DNA of 64,000 nucleotides from a virus: IMG/VR virus record IMGVR_UViG_3300002026_000045, positions 32,001 to 96,000 of that record; one strand, 5' to 3'. Shown piece by piece: positions 63,985 to 64,000 of this stretch (position 1 is its first letter; each line of letters starts with the position of its first letter). The notes under the pieces were generated by a model. It saw only the letters and a program-made list of their open reading frames with translations, ran no database searches and was not told where the DNA came from. The position numbers and the translations under genes were made by a program.

Positions 63985-64000
63985 GTTGGTGCTCTAACGT

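Overview
This window is a 64-kb segment of a large, AT-rich, T4-like (jumbo) myophage genome, encoded almost entirely on the minus strand. The host is probably a flagellated, PHB-storing proteobacterium; this is inferred from flagellin/FliS/FlaG genes, a PhaR-type box, an OMP beta-barrel and a DUF1289 gene. Recognisable genes include rIIA/rIIB, class II ribonucleotide reductase with glutaredoxin, ClpP, ClpS, Hsp20, NadR, PnuC, PAAR, a SleB-like hydrolase, exonucleases, five free-standing GIY-YIG/HNH endonucleases, SmpB and tmRNA. Two promoter classes are visible: sigma70-type early promoters (TTGACN-17-TATAAT, several with a palindromic -35) and T4-like late promoters (TAAATA), many placed only 4-6 nt before an ATG. 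The most notable observations are: (1) FN3 domains split at the same A/B-strand junction across three adjacent genes, suggesting a donor-strand-complemented virion fibre; (2) 15 ORFs sharing a T4-like capsid-targeting N-terminus, most carrying modifying enzymes (kinases, GNATs, ART-like, NTase, Nudix), some built as apparent polyproteins, plus an amidoligase with a variant leader; (3) a fliS-flagellin-flaG module; (4) a circularly permuted two-piece tmRNA with a long Mollicute-like tag beside smpB; (5) a phasin-like gene with a PhaR box and a ROSE-like leader shared with hsp20. All family assignments are motif recognition by eye; no database search was run.
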